Below are positions 9,201 to 20,593 of a stretch of DNA of 61,915 nt, one piece after another. The notes below the pieces were generated by a model. The model was not told where the DNA came from, ran no database searches, and was given only the letters and a program-made list of their open reading frames with translations. Origin of the DNA: Candidatus Hydrogenedentota bacterium (GTDB lineage: Bacteria; Hydrogenedentota; Hydrogenedentia; Hydrogenedentales; SLHB01); NCBI GenBank assembly GCA_016209895.1, contig JACQVH010000110.1:1-61915 (forward strand), read 5' to 3'. The position numbers and the translations under genes are program-made. How positions within the stretch are numbered: the first letter of the stretch is position 1; each line of letters opens with the position of its first letter.

Positions 9201-10133
9201 CTAAACCGGTACCACTCGCACCTCCTGCGCGAGTTTCTCCACCTCCGCCCGCGTGAAATGGCCAATATCCCAGGACATCGCATTCGCCGTACCCGCCGCT
9301 ACGCCCAACACCGCCATCTCCCGCAAGGGTTGGTTTTCCATCAGCCCGATGGCAAACGCCGCCACCAACGCATCGCCGCTGCCGACCGGGTTGACCTCCT
9401 TTATCGTCGGCGGGATCACGTGAAAACGTTCCGTGCCTTGCGACACCAACGCGCCATCCTTGCCCAGTGAAAGGACCACCAACGTCACACCCCGCTCGTG
9501 GTACCAGTCAATGGCCCGCCATTTCGCCTCCGTCGTCGCCAGCGAATACTTGACTAGCTCTTCGGTCTCGGCGACGTTGGGCTTCACCATGTGCGGCACG
9601 GCCTCCAACCCCTGAGCAAATTCCGGGCCGTGCGAATCGAGTATCGTCAATGCGCCGAAATCTTGCGCTATTCTGATCAGTTCGCGATACAGATGATTAA
9701 TCGCGGGATCGGAGACAGTGCCATTGAACGTCACCACGCGCGCGTTCTTCACCGCCTCCGTGAACTGTTCAGCAATGTTAGCGTGCTCGGTCGGGCTCAC
9801 GCGCGATCCCGGCTCGAAGAAAGCAGTCTGCCGGTGAATGGGTTCCTCGAGCACCGTTGTAATGGTCCGCGTCGGCGACTGTACCCACACCGGCACCGGT
9901 TCCACGCCGTCTTGCTCCCGGATCATCTCGACGACGTGAGCGCCGGTATGCCCCCCAACGATGACCAGCGCTTTCGTTTCCCTCCCCAAAATCTTCACCG
10001 CCCGCGACACGTTGGTCCCTTTGCCGCCGGGAATGCACGTATATCGCGGCGCGCGAATGAACGTCCCCACCTTCAACTCATCAATGAAGACCGTCTTATC
10101 AACACACGGATTCGGTGTTACGGTGAGAATCAT
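9201..10133 (-). CDS. 1-phosphofructokinase/LacC-family hexose kinase (PfkB family)
   Basis: MILTVTPNPCVDK, PGGKGTNVSRA, VKPNVAE, VNPVGSGDA. Confidence 0.9.
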   Translation of the reverse strand: MILTVTPNPCVDKTVFIDELKVGTFIRAPRYTCIPGGKGTNVSRAVKILGRETKALVIVGGHTGAHVVEMIREQDGVEPVPVWVQSPTRTITTVLEEPIHRQTAFFEPGSRVSPTEHANIAEQFTEAVKNARVVTFNGTVSDPAINHLYRELIRIAQDFGALTILDSHGPEFAQGLEAVPHMVKPNVAETEELVKYSLATTEAKWRAIDWYHERGVTLVVLSLGKDGALVSQGTERFHVIPPTIKEVNPVGSGDALVAAFAIGLMENQPLREMAVLGVAAGTANAMSWDIGHFTRAEVEKLAQEVRVVPV

Positions 10134-10145
10134 CGTTTCACAATA

Positions 10146-10184
10146 GAACGCGGATGACGCGGATTCATCGGATGTTCACGGATT
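10146..10184. repeat. Left inverted arm of the GxxExxY cassette (4 x CGGAT units)
   Basis: GAACGCGGATGACGCGGATTCATCGGATGTTCACGGATT; inverted match to 10580-10619. Confidence 0.85.
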
Positions 10185-10556
10185 TTTCTTACCAAATACC
10201 TTGCGGACAAATTTCGCTTCAGGGCCAAAATTCAAAAGCAGGCCAACTTCCCGTTTGACACCCCGCAGGTAGTTTAGGAGTTGCGCTTCATGGGCCGGTG
10301 TTAGTGCGTCTGCGGCTTTCAATTCCACGATCACATCGTTGTTTACAAGGATGTCGGCGAAGTATTCACCGACAACTTGTCCTTTGTATAGCACGTTAAT
10401 CGGGACTTGGGTCTGAACAGCCAAACCCATTTGTTCCAATTCAATCTTCATTGCATTCTCGTAGACCTTCTCAAGGAACCCATATCCAAGGCCGTTGTAG
10501 ATATTGTAAAATGCTCGAATGATCTGACTCGTTAGTTCTTCATGCAAAAGTCCCAT
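10176..10556 (-). CDS. GxxExxY protein (PD-(D/E)XK nuclease-like)
   Basis: LGYGFLEKVYENA, YFADILV...IVELKA, HEAQLLNYL and GLLLNFG; GGGAG RBS. Confidence 0.92.
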   Translation of the reverse strand: MGLLHEELTSQIIRAFYNIYNGLGYGFLEKVYENAMKIELEQMGLAVQTQVPINVLYKGQVVGEYFADILVNNDVIVELKAADALTPAHEAQLLNYLRGVKREVGLLLNFGPEAKFVRKVFGKKNP

Positions 10557-10579
10557 GCTTTTGTCTCCCTTTAATCTCT

Positions 10580-10619
10580 AATCCGTGGGAATCCGCAGAA
10601 TCCGCGCAAATCCGCGTCC
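10580..10619. repeat. Right inverted arm of the GxxExxY cassette (4 x ATCCG units)
   Basis: AATCCGTGGGAATCCGCAGAATCCGCGCAAATCCGCGTCC; abuts the ROK kinase stop codon. Confidence 0.85.
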
Positions 10620-11593
10620 TATTCTTTCCCCTCGTAGCGCTGCAACGCGCAAGCCGCGGCCCCGATGACCCCCGAATCGGCCCCTAGCCCTGCCGGCACG
10701 ATTTCCGCCCGTCTTGCCGGTACCTCGAACGAGAGTCTTGACGCCGTTTCACGGATCGGTGAAAACAGAGTTTCCCCGGCCGCGATCATCCCGCCACATA
10801 GAACGACCTTCTCCGGATTGAGGAGGTTAATGAGACTCGAGATGCCGATGCCGAGCCAGACCGCCGTCTCATGCATCACCCACGCGGCAAATTCGTCGCC
10901 CTTCGCGATCGCTTCCGAGACCATCTTGCCCGTCAACTTCGATAAATCCTTCTCGCACATTTCGGTCAGAATGGTGGAGCGGCCATTCTCGATGCCCTCA
11001 ATCGCGGTACGCAGCATACCCGTAACCGACCCATAAGCCTCGAAGCAGCCGGTCGCGCCGCAACCGCATTGCCGTCCGTCACGCGCTACTTTCAGGTGTC
11101 CGATTTCCGCCGCCGTACCGTCAACGCCGCGCAGCAATTGGCCGAACACCACGATCCCGCCGCCGATCCCGGTGCCGAGTGTCAGCAGGCACATCGTGTC
11201 CACCCCCTGTCCCGCCCCGGACCAGAATTCGCCGAAGCAGGCGCAGTTTGCATCGTTGTCCACGAACGTAGAGATGCCGGTGCGGTCCTTCATCGCTTCG
11301 GCCAAATGCACATCGTGCCAACCCGGCAAATTCGGCGGTGAATACACGATTCCCGTCTGCCAATTCATCGGACCCGGCGCGCCGATGCCTACCGCGACCA
11401 CGTCGTCGGTATCCACTCGTGCGCTTTTCATCACGGCCTCGATGCTTGCTTGCATCACGTCCATGACCGCCTCAGGCCCACCTTCAGCTTGCGTCCCGCG
11501 CGAGTCCTTGCTCACCAGCCGCTTGTCGCTCGAAACCACCGCCGTCTTTACGTTCGTGCCACCCAAGTCTACGCCGATTACGACTGCGCTCAT
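10619..11593 (-). CDS. ROK-family sugar kinase (probable glucokinase)
   Basis: IGVDLGGT, DNDANCA, TLGTGIGGG and EIGH...CGCGATGCFEAY zinc motif. Confidence 0.92.
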   Translation of the reverse strand: MSAVVIGVDLGGTNVKTAVVSSDKRLVSKDSRGTQAEGGPEAVMDVMQASIEAVMKSARVDTDDVVAVGIGAPGPMNWQTGIVYSPPNLPGWHDVHLAEAMKDRTGISTFVDNDANCACFGEFWSGAGQGVDTMCLLTLGTGIGGGIVVFGQLLRGVDGTAAEIGHLKVARDGRQCGCGATGCFEAYGSVTGMLRTAIEGIENGRSTILTEMCEKDLSKLTGKMVSEAIAKGDEFAAWVMHETAVWLGIGISSLINLLNPEKVVLCGGMIAAGETLFSPIRETASRLSFEVPARRAEIVPAGLGADSGVIGAAACALQRYEGKE

Positions 11594-13077
11594 GCTGGGA
11601 CCTCCCCCTTTTTTGCGATGTATTGAATCGCCCGGTCAATCCGAGCCAAACATGTTTCCTTGCCCAGTAGTTCCGCGAGTTCGAATAATCCGGGGCCGAC
11701 GCTCTTTCCGGTAAGCGCCAAACGCGTCGGATGTACCAGTTCGCCCAAAGAAAGGCCCGACGCCGCTACTTCCTTTTCATACACCCCTCGCAACGTTTCG
11801 GCCGTCCACGCCCCCGTACCGTCCAGCAGCGCGCGGACTCGTCTCATCCGGTCGCCGGCCCCGGGACTTTTCCACTGTTTACGGACCGCCTTCTCTTCAT
11901 ACGTTTCAATGTCACGGAAGAAGAAATCGGTATAATCCACGATCTCGTTCAAGGTTCGAATCTTTTCCTGGCAAATTGCCGCCATATGCGCCAGCCATTC
12001 GGGCGATTTCGCCGAGACGTTCAAACCCGCCTTCTCAAGAAGCGGGAGGACCCGATCCCGCAACTCTTCCGGCGAAAGCCGCCGCAGATGCTGGCCGTTG
12101 AGCCACTGCAATTTCTTGACGTCGAATTTGCCCGCGGACTGTCCCAGGCGTTCGAGAGAAAAGAGTTCAATCAACTCCTCGCGCGTGAACAGTTCCCGGT
12201 TATCGCCCGGCGTCCAACCCAGCAATACGAGATAATTCACCAGCGCCTCGGGCAAGAAGCCGTCTTCCCGCCAGTCCAGGACGTTCGCGCCGTGCAGCCG
12301 CTTGCTGTATTTTTTCCCGTGTTCATCCAGCACCATGGGCAGATGCGCGAACTTCGGGACCGGATAGCCCAACGCTTTGAATAACATGACATGGCGCGTC
12401 GCATTGGTCAGGTGATCGTCGCCTCGGATCACGTGCGAAATCTTCATCAGACCATCATCCACCACCACCGCCAGATGAAAGATCGCGTCCCCGTTCGGCT
12501 TCACAATTACGAAGTCGTCAAACTCCCGATTCTCCGTGCGCACCGTGCCTTGAACGAGATCATGAATCTCCGTGACGCCCTCCGGCACCTTGAATCGGAT
12601 GGCATACGGCGCGTCGCCTCGGGCCGCAATTTCCGCGGACGTCAGATTGCGGCACTTGCCGGAATAGCGGGGGGGACGTTTCTCCCGCGCGGCCTGTTCG
12701 CGCGCGGCCTCCAGTTCTTCCTTCGTACAGAAACACTTGTACGCCTTACCTTCCTCGATAAGACGCGCCGCTTCACGATGATAAGTCTCCGCCCGTCGCG
12801 ATTGCCGATAGGGACCATACTCGCCGCGTTCCGCTCTCGCGCCGAAACCCGGACCCTCGTCCCAATCAATGCCCAGCCAGTGCAGCGCCTCGAAGACCAC
12901 CCCCGCATACTCTTCCTTGCTCCGTTCCACGTCGGTATCTTCCAGACGCAGAATAAAAGTCCCGCCGGTCTTCCTGGCATACAGCCAGTTGATCAGCGCC
13001 GTCTTCGCATTGCCGATATGAAAAAAACCCGTCGGCGAAGGCGCAATCCGCACCCGCACCACGTCCGCGTTACTCAT
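11590..13077 (-). CDS. gltX: Glutamate--tRNA ligase
   Basis: RIAPSPTGFFHIGN (HIGH motif), LRLEDTD, HVIRGDDH, KYSKR (KMSKS motif) and anticodon-binding domain; start 13077 or 13086. Confidence 0.95.
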   Translation of the reverse strand: MSNADVVRVRIAPSPTGFFHIGNAKTALINWLYARKTGGTFILRLEDTDVERSKEEYAGVVFEALHWLGIDWDEGPGFGARAERGEYGPYRQSRRAETYHREAARLIEEGKAYKCFCTKEELEAAREQAAREKRPPRYSGKCRNLTSAEIAARGDAPYAIRFKVPEGVTEIHDLVQGTVRTENREFDDFVIVKPNGDAIFHLAVVVDDGLMKISHVIRGDDHLTNATRHVMLFKALGYPVPKFAHLPMVLDEHGKKYSKRLHGANVLDWREDGFLPEALVNYLVLLGWTPGDNRELFTREELIELFSLERLGQSAGKFDVKKLQWLNGQHLRRLSPEELRDRVLPLLEKAGLNVSAKSPEWLAHMAAICQEKIRTLNEIVDYTDFFFRDIETYEEKAVRKQWKSPGAGDRMRRVRALLDGTGAWTAETLRGVYEKEVAASGLSLGELVHPTRLALTGKSVGPGLFELAELLGKETCLARIDRAIQYIAKKGEVPA

Positions 13078-13157
13078 GATCCTCAAAATATCCTCAGACT
13101 GAAGTTTCCAATAGAACTGACCAAAATGGCTTCCTCACACGTCAACGCCACCCCTCC

Positions 13158-13232
13158 CTGTCATGCTGAGCGCAGTCCTCACTGTCATGCCGAGCGAGGC
13201 CTACCTGTCATTCTGAGTGCAGCGAAGAATCT
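13158..13232 (+). repeat. Three tandem REP/RPE-like arm starts (CTGTCATNCYGAGYG), the last one complete to AAGAATCT
   Basis: Units at 13158, 13182 and 13205; same family as 2428 and 21818. Confidence 0.75.
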
Positions 13233-13319
13233 AGCAGACCAACCTAGCATACACACTCCCGCACAGAGGCCGCACGTTTTCCGCTACCCCGAAAACAACC
13301 CGGAGGCTTCTTCTTGTCG

Positions 13320-13354
13320 CTGACCACTGACCACTGATCACTGGTCACTAGTCA
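13320..13354. repeat. Five heptamer tandem repeats (CTGACCA type) directly after the melA stop
   Basis: CTGACCA CTGACCA CTGATCA CTGGTCA CTAGTCA. Confidence 0.8.
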
Positions 13355-13355
13355 T

Positions 13356-14657
13356 TCACCAATACTCCGGCAAATACGTCCCATGCGCCTCAATCAGTTC
13401 GTCGCACATCTGCACCGTCTCATCAATCGTCAACTCCGCGCACGTATGCGGGTCCAGCAGCGCCGCCTGATAGATGTACTCCTTCTTCCGCGTCAGCGCC
13501 GCCTGGATGGTCAATTCCTGTACGTTAACGTTCGTGCGGGTCAGCGCTGCACACTGCGGCGGCAAATCACCCACGAATGTCGGCGTCACCCCGTTGTGGT
13601 CCACGACGCACTTGACCTCCACACAGGCGCCCTGGGGCAGGTTGGTAATCAAATGCCTGTTCAGAACATTCCCGCCCAGCGTATACGGTTTCCCCGTCTC
13701 CATCGCCTCGAAGATATACGAAGCGTACTCGTGCCCGCGCCGATGCTGCATCGGCTTGTCCGCGAGCAAATCCTCTTTCATCTTCGCCCAGCCCTGAATT
13801 TGGTTTACGCAACGTCGCGGATATTCGTCCAGCGGGATGTGGAACCGCTCAATCAACTCCGGCGCCTTCGCCTTGATGAACCACGGCACGTACTCGCTGC
13901 TGTGTTCGCTCGATTCCGTCAGGTAGTAGCCGAACCACTTCATGATCTCGAAACGCACCGCGTCCTTCTTCTTATACTCCGGCAATTCCGCGCGCCGCTT
14001 GATCTCCGGATACAGGTCCACTCCGTTCCGCGAAATTTCGAGGAGCCAACCCTGATGATTGATACCGGCAATCTTCCATTGCAGCTTGTCTTCCGGTAAC
14101 TCCAGCATGCGGCATAGATGCGGCGCGCACACCTGCACACTGTGGCACAGGCCCACCGTGCGCACACCCGTGGCCTTCAGAATTGCCCCGGTTAGGATTC
14201 CCATCGGGTTCGTATAGTTCAGCAGCCACGCGTCTGGCGCGACCTCCTCGATGATCCGGCAATAATCGAGCATAACCGGGATGGTGCGCAGCCCCCGAAA
14301 AATCCCGCCGATTCCCAGCGTATCGCCGATGGTCTGACGCAACCCATACTTCTTCGGAATCTCGAAATCAATTACCGTGGCGGGTTCATATCCGCCCACT
14401 TGAATCGCGTTCACGACGTAGTCTGCGCCCAACAACGCCTTCCACCCATCCGCCGCCGCAAATCCTTCAATCTTCGCCTTCGCGCCCAGCGTGCGATTCA
14501 GGTTATTCAGCATCACCTCCGATACCCGAAGCCGCTCCGGGTCAATATCCACCAAGGTAATATGCGCATCCTTCAGACACTCCACGTGCAAACAATCCCC
14601 CAGCACGCTCTTCGCAAACACCGTGCTCCCTGCCCCCAAAAAACAAATCTTCGCCAT
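13356..14657 (-). CDS. melA: GH4 NAD-dependent alpha-galactosidase
   Basis: KICFLGAGSTVF, QTIGDTLGIGG, LNYTNPM, GLCHSVQ, AGINHQ and TESSEH; GAGGAG RBS before ATG 14657. Confidence 0.92.
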   Translation of the reverse strand: MAKICFLGAGSTVFAKSVLGDCLHVECLKDAHITLVDIDPERLRVSEVMLNNLNRTLGAKAKIEGFAAADGWKALLGADYVVNAIQVGGYEPATVIDFEIPKKYGLRQTIGDTLGIGGIFRGLRTIPVMLDYCRIIEEVAPDAWLLNYTNPMGILTGAILKATGVRTVGLCHSVQVCAPHLCRMLELPEDKLQWKIAGINHQGWLLEISRNGVDLYPEIKRRAELPEYKKKDAVRFEIMKWFGYYLTESSEHSSEYVPWFIKAKAPELIERFHIPLDEYPRRCVNQIQGWAKMKEDLLADKPMQHRRGHEYASYIFEAMETGKPYTLGGNVLNRHLITNLPQGACVEVKCVVDHNGVTPTFVGDLPPQCAALTRTNVNVQELTIQAALTRKKEYIYQAALLDPHTCAELTIDETVQMCDELIEAHGTYLPEYW

Positions 14658-14961
14658 TTTCCCCAACTCCTCCTCGAAATTGCCGCGGATGATACCGGTA
14701 GTTCCCATCGGGTTCAATCAATGAATACCCGAGTTACGACGGATTGCCGTTCGCCGCTCCCGACTTCCGCCCACGATAGACCGCAAATATGCGTGGCGTC
14801 CCAATATACTCTTGGCCCGCCGATCTCAACGACAACGCATGAGAGCAAAAGTCGTTTTGAACTCGTCTGTCTTGAACTGAATAATCGTGGATAGCCTGCC
14901 CTTAGTAATCGCAGGCAAGTCCATATTGGAAACGTCAGTTCAAACGACGAAAGGAACTGCC

Positions 14962-15246
14962 ATGCGCCCGATACTCTGTTTCCTCGCCGTTGTAGTTCTG
15001 GCCCCAGCGGCGTATGCCGAACCTAGTGTAAACGGCGGATTCCATATCGTCCTGTGGCTGATAGTATTCGCTGGGGCCGCGGTGTCAGCGGCTGTACCCG
15101 TGCTGATCAAGAAATGTTTCAAGCCAGTCATGCCCGCATGGCTCTTCTGGATCGCGGTCATCGGCCTGCCAGTGCTCTTCATCCTTTTCGCGGCGCCGAT
15201 CATCGTAGGTATAGGTAGCATCCTGATCACCGGGCGGACCATGTGA
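14962..15246 (+). CDS. Small membrane protein (signal peptide plus 2-3 TM segments)
   Basis: AAGGA RBS before ATG 14962; strongly hydrophobic translation. Confidence 0.7.
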   Translation: MRPILCFLAVVVLAPAAYAEPSVNGGFHIVLWLIVFAGAAVSAAVPVLIKKCFKPVMPAWLFWIAVIGLPVLFILFAAPIIVGIGSILITGRTM

Positions 15247-15360
15247 GCACTTAAAGCTCCATCGTGGCTTCCCAGGATTTACCACGACAAAGCGGGGCAA
15301 AATCTTGCAGGACGCGGCGGTGCGGGCACTGCCGCGTTACAGGCAGTTGCGCGCTTTGCT

Positions 15361-15389
15361 TTGACTATTGGCGGCGATGGTGTTAAGGT
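15361..15389 (+). promoter_or_regulatory. Putative sigma70 promoter for thiC
   Basis: TTGACT-17 nt-TAAGGT with an extended -10 TG. Confidence 0.55.
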
Positions 15390-15479
15390 AAAAAGGTGAG
15401 ATGAGTTGGCGTTAGACTGACCATTCCTGTCAGAGGTTGAATGATCTCGTCGTTTTTTGACTAACCCTAAGTACTGTAA

Positions 15480-17411
<1,932 letters not shown>

Positions 17412-17441
17412 TGCTCGTTCCGGTGAGGATGCCCCGCCATT

Positions 17442-18179
17442 TTGGACGCGCTCTACAATGCTCGCAAGGAAAAACAGGGGAGAACCTTCCCGCGCCAGTT
17501 CGCGCCGGAATGGATGGATGCGCCCGACCTCGCCCCCAACCGGCATGAGGCGGCCTTGCGGGGCATACAGCGGGTCAACTTCTGGAGTCGTGCCCACCGC
17601 ATTCTGTGGCCGCCCATCCGCGAGCTCGCCGCCGAAATCGGCAGACCCGTTCGAGTGCTCGACCTGGGATGCGGCGCAGGCGATATCGCGGTGCGCTTGT
17701 GGAAGACGGCGCAACGCGTCGGCGTACCCTGGGAGATTCGGGGCTGTGACCTTAGCCCGTATGCCGTCGCACACGCCCAGCGCCGCGCCGACCAGCATGG
17801 CGCAAACATTCAGTTTCAAATATTGGACGTCCTCCACGATCCGCTGCCGCAAAATTATGATGTCCTCTGCGCGTCGCTCTTTCTCCACCACTTCGAGTGG
17901 GACATCGCGTGCGACCTCCTGCGCCGCATGGCCGATGCGACCCAGCACCAACTGCTGATAAACGATCTCGTCCGCTCCCGATCCGCGTACCTGTTCGCGG
18001 TCGCGGGTTGCTCTTTACTCACACGCTCCGACGTGGTGCGTCACGATGGTCCGCAATCGGTGCGTTCCGCATTTACGGTCGAGGAAATGACCACGCTGGC
18101 CACTACGGCAGGATTGAAAGACGCTCACATCACTCGTCACTGGCCTTATCGCCTTCGCCTGCTGTGGAGAAAGCAATGA
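17442..18179 (+). CDS. Class I SAM-dependent methyltransferase of the type III PKS cluster
   Basis: VLDLGCGAGD, SLFLHHF, NDLVRS and HDGPQSVRSAFT; ATGA overlap with the next gene; start uncertain. Confidence 0.85.
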   Translation: MDALYNARKEKQGRTFPRQFAPEWMDAPDLAPNRHEAALRGIQRVNFWSRAHRILWPPIRELAAEIGRPVRVLDLGCGAGDIAVRLWKTAQRVGVPWEIRGCDLSPYAVAHAQRRADQHGANIQFQILDVLHDPLPQNYDVLCASLFLHHFEWDIACDLLRRMADATQHQLLINDLVRSRSAYLFAVAGCSLLTRSDVVRHDGPQSVRSAFTVEEMTTLATTAGLKDAHITRHWPYRLRLLWRKQ

Positions 18180-19342
18180 ACGCGGTCGCGCTCGAGACCG
18201 TGCAGGGTCGAGTCTGGGACGCCGCCGTGATCGGGGCCGGGCCGGCCGGTGCCATGCTGGCGCGACAACTAGCCCGTCAGGGCGCGTCCGTATTCCTCGT
18301 GGACAAGGCCGCCTTTCCGCGGCGTAAGGTCTGCGGATGCTGTCTTAATCAGCGCGCCGTGAGCGCGCTCGAGGAAGCGGGTCTTGGACACATCCTGCGA
18401 CAAAACGGCGCCGTTCCACTCCGCTCCCTCAACCTCGTTGTCGCCGGACAGAACGCGGTCATTACTTTGCCCAGCGGCTATGCGCTTTCCCGAGAAGTAT
18501 TCGACACGGCGCTGGTCAACGAGGCCATCGCCGCTGGGGCTTCATTCTTGCCGCAGACCCGCGCCGACGGAAGTGCGACTCAGGAGAACGTTCGTACACT
18601 TCGACTGCGACGCGACAACGCGGATTTCGAAATCGCAGTACAAGCCGTGGTCGTGGCCTCCGGGTTAGGGAGTAAGCTTTCAGGTCACGACGAAGATTTG
18701 TTAGCGCCACCAACGCCCCATTCCCGAATTGGCGCGGGAACGATCCTCGAATCTTTGCCGGATGGATACCACTCGGAGACCATCTACATGGGCTGCGGCT
18801 CACGTGGCTACATCGGTCTGGTCGCGGTCGAAGGTCGGCGTCTTAACATTGCCGCCGCGCTCGATGCCGAATGGGTCAAAGAATGCGGTGGCCTGCCCTT
18901 CGCCGCCGCGCGACTCCTCCAAGAAAGCAGCCTGCCGCCCATTACCGGCATCGAAGAGCTTCCTTGGAAGGGCACCCCCGCGCTGACGCGTCGCGCCTCT
19001 CGCGTCAGCAGTCACCGTCTTTTCATTCTCGGCGATGCCGCCGGATATATCGAACCATTTACCGGCGAAGGCATGGCGTGGGCCCTCACTTCCGCTCTCG
19101 CCCTAGCCCCGCTGGTCGTCCGCGCCCTGGAAGACTATCGTCCCGAAGTGGAAACGGACTGGGAGGGACTTTATCATCAGTTGGTTGTAAAGCGGCAGGG
19201 CTTTTGCCGAATTCTGGCCTCCTTGCTGCGGCATCCAGGCTGGATGAAGCAGGGCGTACGTCTACTGCGTGCACTACCGCAAGCCGCCGCCCCTATGGTG
19301 CGAAGTGTGAACGCCCGGTTGCAACTTCAAGGAGAACCATGA
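18176..19342 (+). CDS. FAD-dependent oxidoreductase (geranylgeranyl-reductase-like)
   Basis: DAAVIGAGPAG, FPRRKVCGCCL and LGDAAGYIEPFTGEGMAWAL. Confidence 0.88.
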   Translation: MNAVALETVQGRVWDAAVIGAGPAGAMLARQLARQGASVFLVDKAAFPRRKVCGCCLNQRAVSALEEAGLGHILRQNGAVPLRSLNLVVAGQNAVITLPSGYALSREVFDTALVNEAIAAGASFLPQTRADGSATQENVRTLRLRRDNADFEIAVQAVVVASGLGSKLSGHDEDLLAPPTPHSRIGAGTILESLPDGYHSETIYMGCGSRGYIGLVAVEGRRLNIAAALDAEWVKECGGLPFAAARLLQESSLPPITGIEELPWKGTPALTRRASRVSSHRLFILGDAAGYIEPFTGEGMAWALTSALALAPLVVRALEDYRPEVETDWEGLYHQLVVKRQGFCRILASLLRHPGWMKQGVRLLRALPQAAAPMVRSVNARLQLQGEP

Positions 19343-20502
19343 TGTCTATCGTGTCGGAACCAGTCGAGTTTTCCGCATCAACTTCGACTTTTCCGGAAAC
19401 CCGTACCGTGAAAGACCTGGCGATCCTCGGCATGGGTACCGCGCTTCCGCCGTATTTCATCGGTCAGGAAGAGTCAGTCCGCTATGCTCAAGAGGCCTTC
19501 TGTCGCACTGATGAACAGAAGCGCATATTGCCCCTGCTGTACCGCATGTCCGGCGTGAAAAAGCGCTACAGTGCCCTGCTCGAAGCGCCCGAAGGCACCG
19601 AAAACCGGCAATCGTTTCTTCCGATGCCCACGGGATCGGAGGACCGCGGTCCAACCATCGGCGCGCGAATGAATGTTTACGAGCGCGAGTCCTTGCCGCT
19701 GGCAGTGCGGGCCGCGACCCAGGCGCTCGCCAACTCTGCAACCGTCCCGAAAGACATCACCCATCTCGTTACGGTGTCATGCAGCGGATTCGTCGCGCCC
19801 GGCGTGGATATCCGGCTTATCAAAGACTTGGGCCTAAGAGCCACGGTGCAGCGCGCACACCTCGGGTTCATGGGTTGCCACGGCGCCCTTAACGGACTGC
19901 GTGTGGCCCACGGATTTGCTAACACTGACCCGCAGGCGCGGGTGCTCCTGTGCGCGGTCGAGTTGTGTAGTATTCACTATCATTACGGTTGGAACCCCGA
20001 TTTCATCGTCGCAAACGCCCTATTCGCCGACGGCGCCGCCGCCTTGATTGCCGCCCCCGCCAAAGATGGCCAGGACGGCGCTTGGCAAGTTCACGCGACC
20101 GGCTCGTGTCTGCTGCCGGATTCCGAGGACGCCATCACTTGGCGAATCGGCGACCACGGATTTGTGATGTCGTTGTCGCCCCGAGTCCCAGACTTGATAG
20201 CGACCCATCTAAAGGCTTGGCTCGAAAGTTGGTTATCCGCCCACGGACTCGCCCTGTCCGACATTCGGTCCTGGGCCGTCCACCCCGGCGGCCCGCGCAT
20301 TCTCGGCGCGGTGAACACGGCCCTCAGCCTACCCAAGGACGCGCTCGACGTTTCCAAAGAACTCCTCCGCGAACACGGTAACATGTCTTCGCCAACGGTG
20401 CTCTTCATCATCAACCAACTTCGGCAACGCGGCGCGCAGCGCCCCTGCGTAGCCCTCGCCTTCGGTCCCGGTCTCATGGCCGAGGCAGCTCTCTTTGTTT
20501 GA
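19339..20502 (+). CDS. Type III polyketide synthase
   Basis: Cys-His-Asn catalytic triad (GFMGCHG, VHPGG, GNMSS), ALFADGAAA and LAFGPGL; GGAG RBS and ATGA overlap. Confidence 0.95.
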   Translation: MMSIVSEPVEFSASTSTFPETRTVKDLAILGMGTALPPYFIGQEESVRYAQEAFCRTDEQKRILPLLYRMSGVKKRYSALLEAPEGTENRQSFLPMPTGSEDRGPTIGARMNVYERESLPLAVRAATQALANSATVPKDITHLVTVSCSGFVAPGVDIRLIKDLGLRATVQRAHLGFMGCHGALNGLRVAHGFANTDPQARVLLCAVELCSIHYHYGWNPDFIVANALFADGAAALIAAPAKDGQDGAWQVHATGSCLLPDSEDAITWRIGDHGFVMSLSPRVPDLIATHLKAWLESWLSAHGLALSDIRSWAVHPGGPRILGAVNTALSLPKDALDVSKELLREHGNMSSPTVLFIINQLRQRGAQRPCVALAFGPGLMAEAALFV

Positions 20503-20539
20503 ACGAGCCATTCCATGAAGTCACAACTGTGGATGCGGA

Positions 20540-20590
20540 GTCCTTTTTTGGTCCTTTCGGTCTCTTTCGTCTCTCTCCCTCGTCCTTGGG
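20540..20590. repeat. Degenerate ~9-nt GTCCTTT-type tandem repeat
   Basis: GTCCTTTTTTG GTCCTTTCG GTCTCTTTC ... GTCCTTGGG; similar to 50919-50954. Confidence 0.5.
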
Positions 20591-20593
20591 GAA

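Noticed and set aside
13158-13232. Possible mini CRISPR array
   Set aside because: Period is only about 24 nt with 8-9-nt spacers, the repeats match the REP-like family, and there are no cas genes.
15312-15337. Strong hairpin as an intrinsic terminator
   Set aside because: The stem is real but has no adjacent U-tract on either strand, so no function could be assigned.
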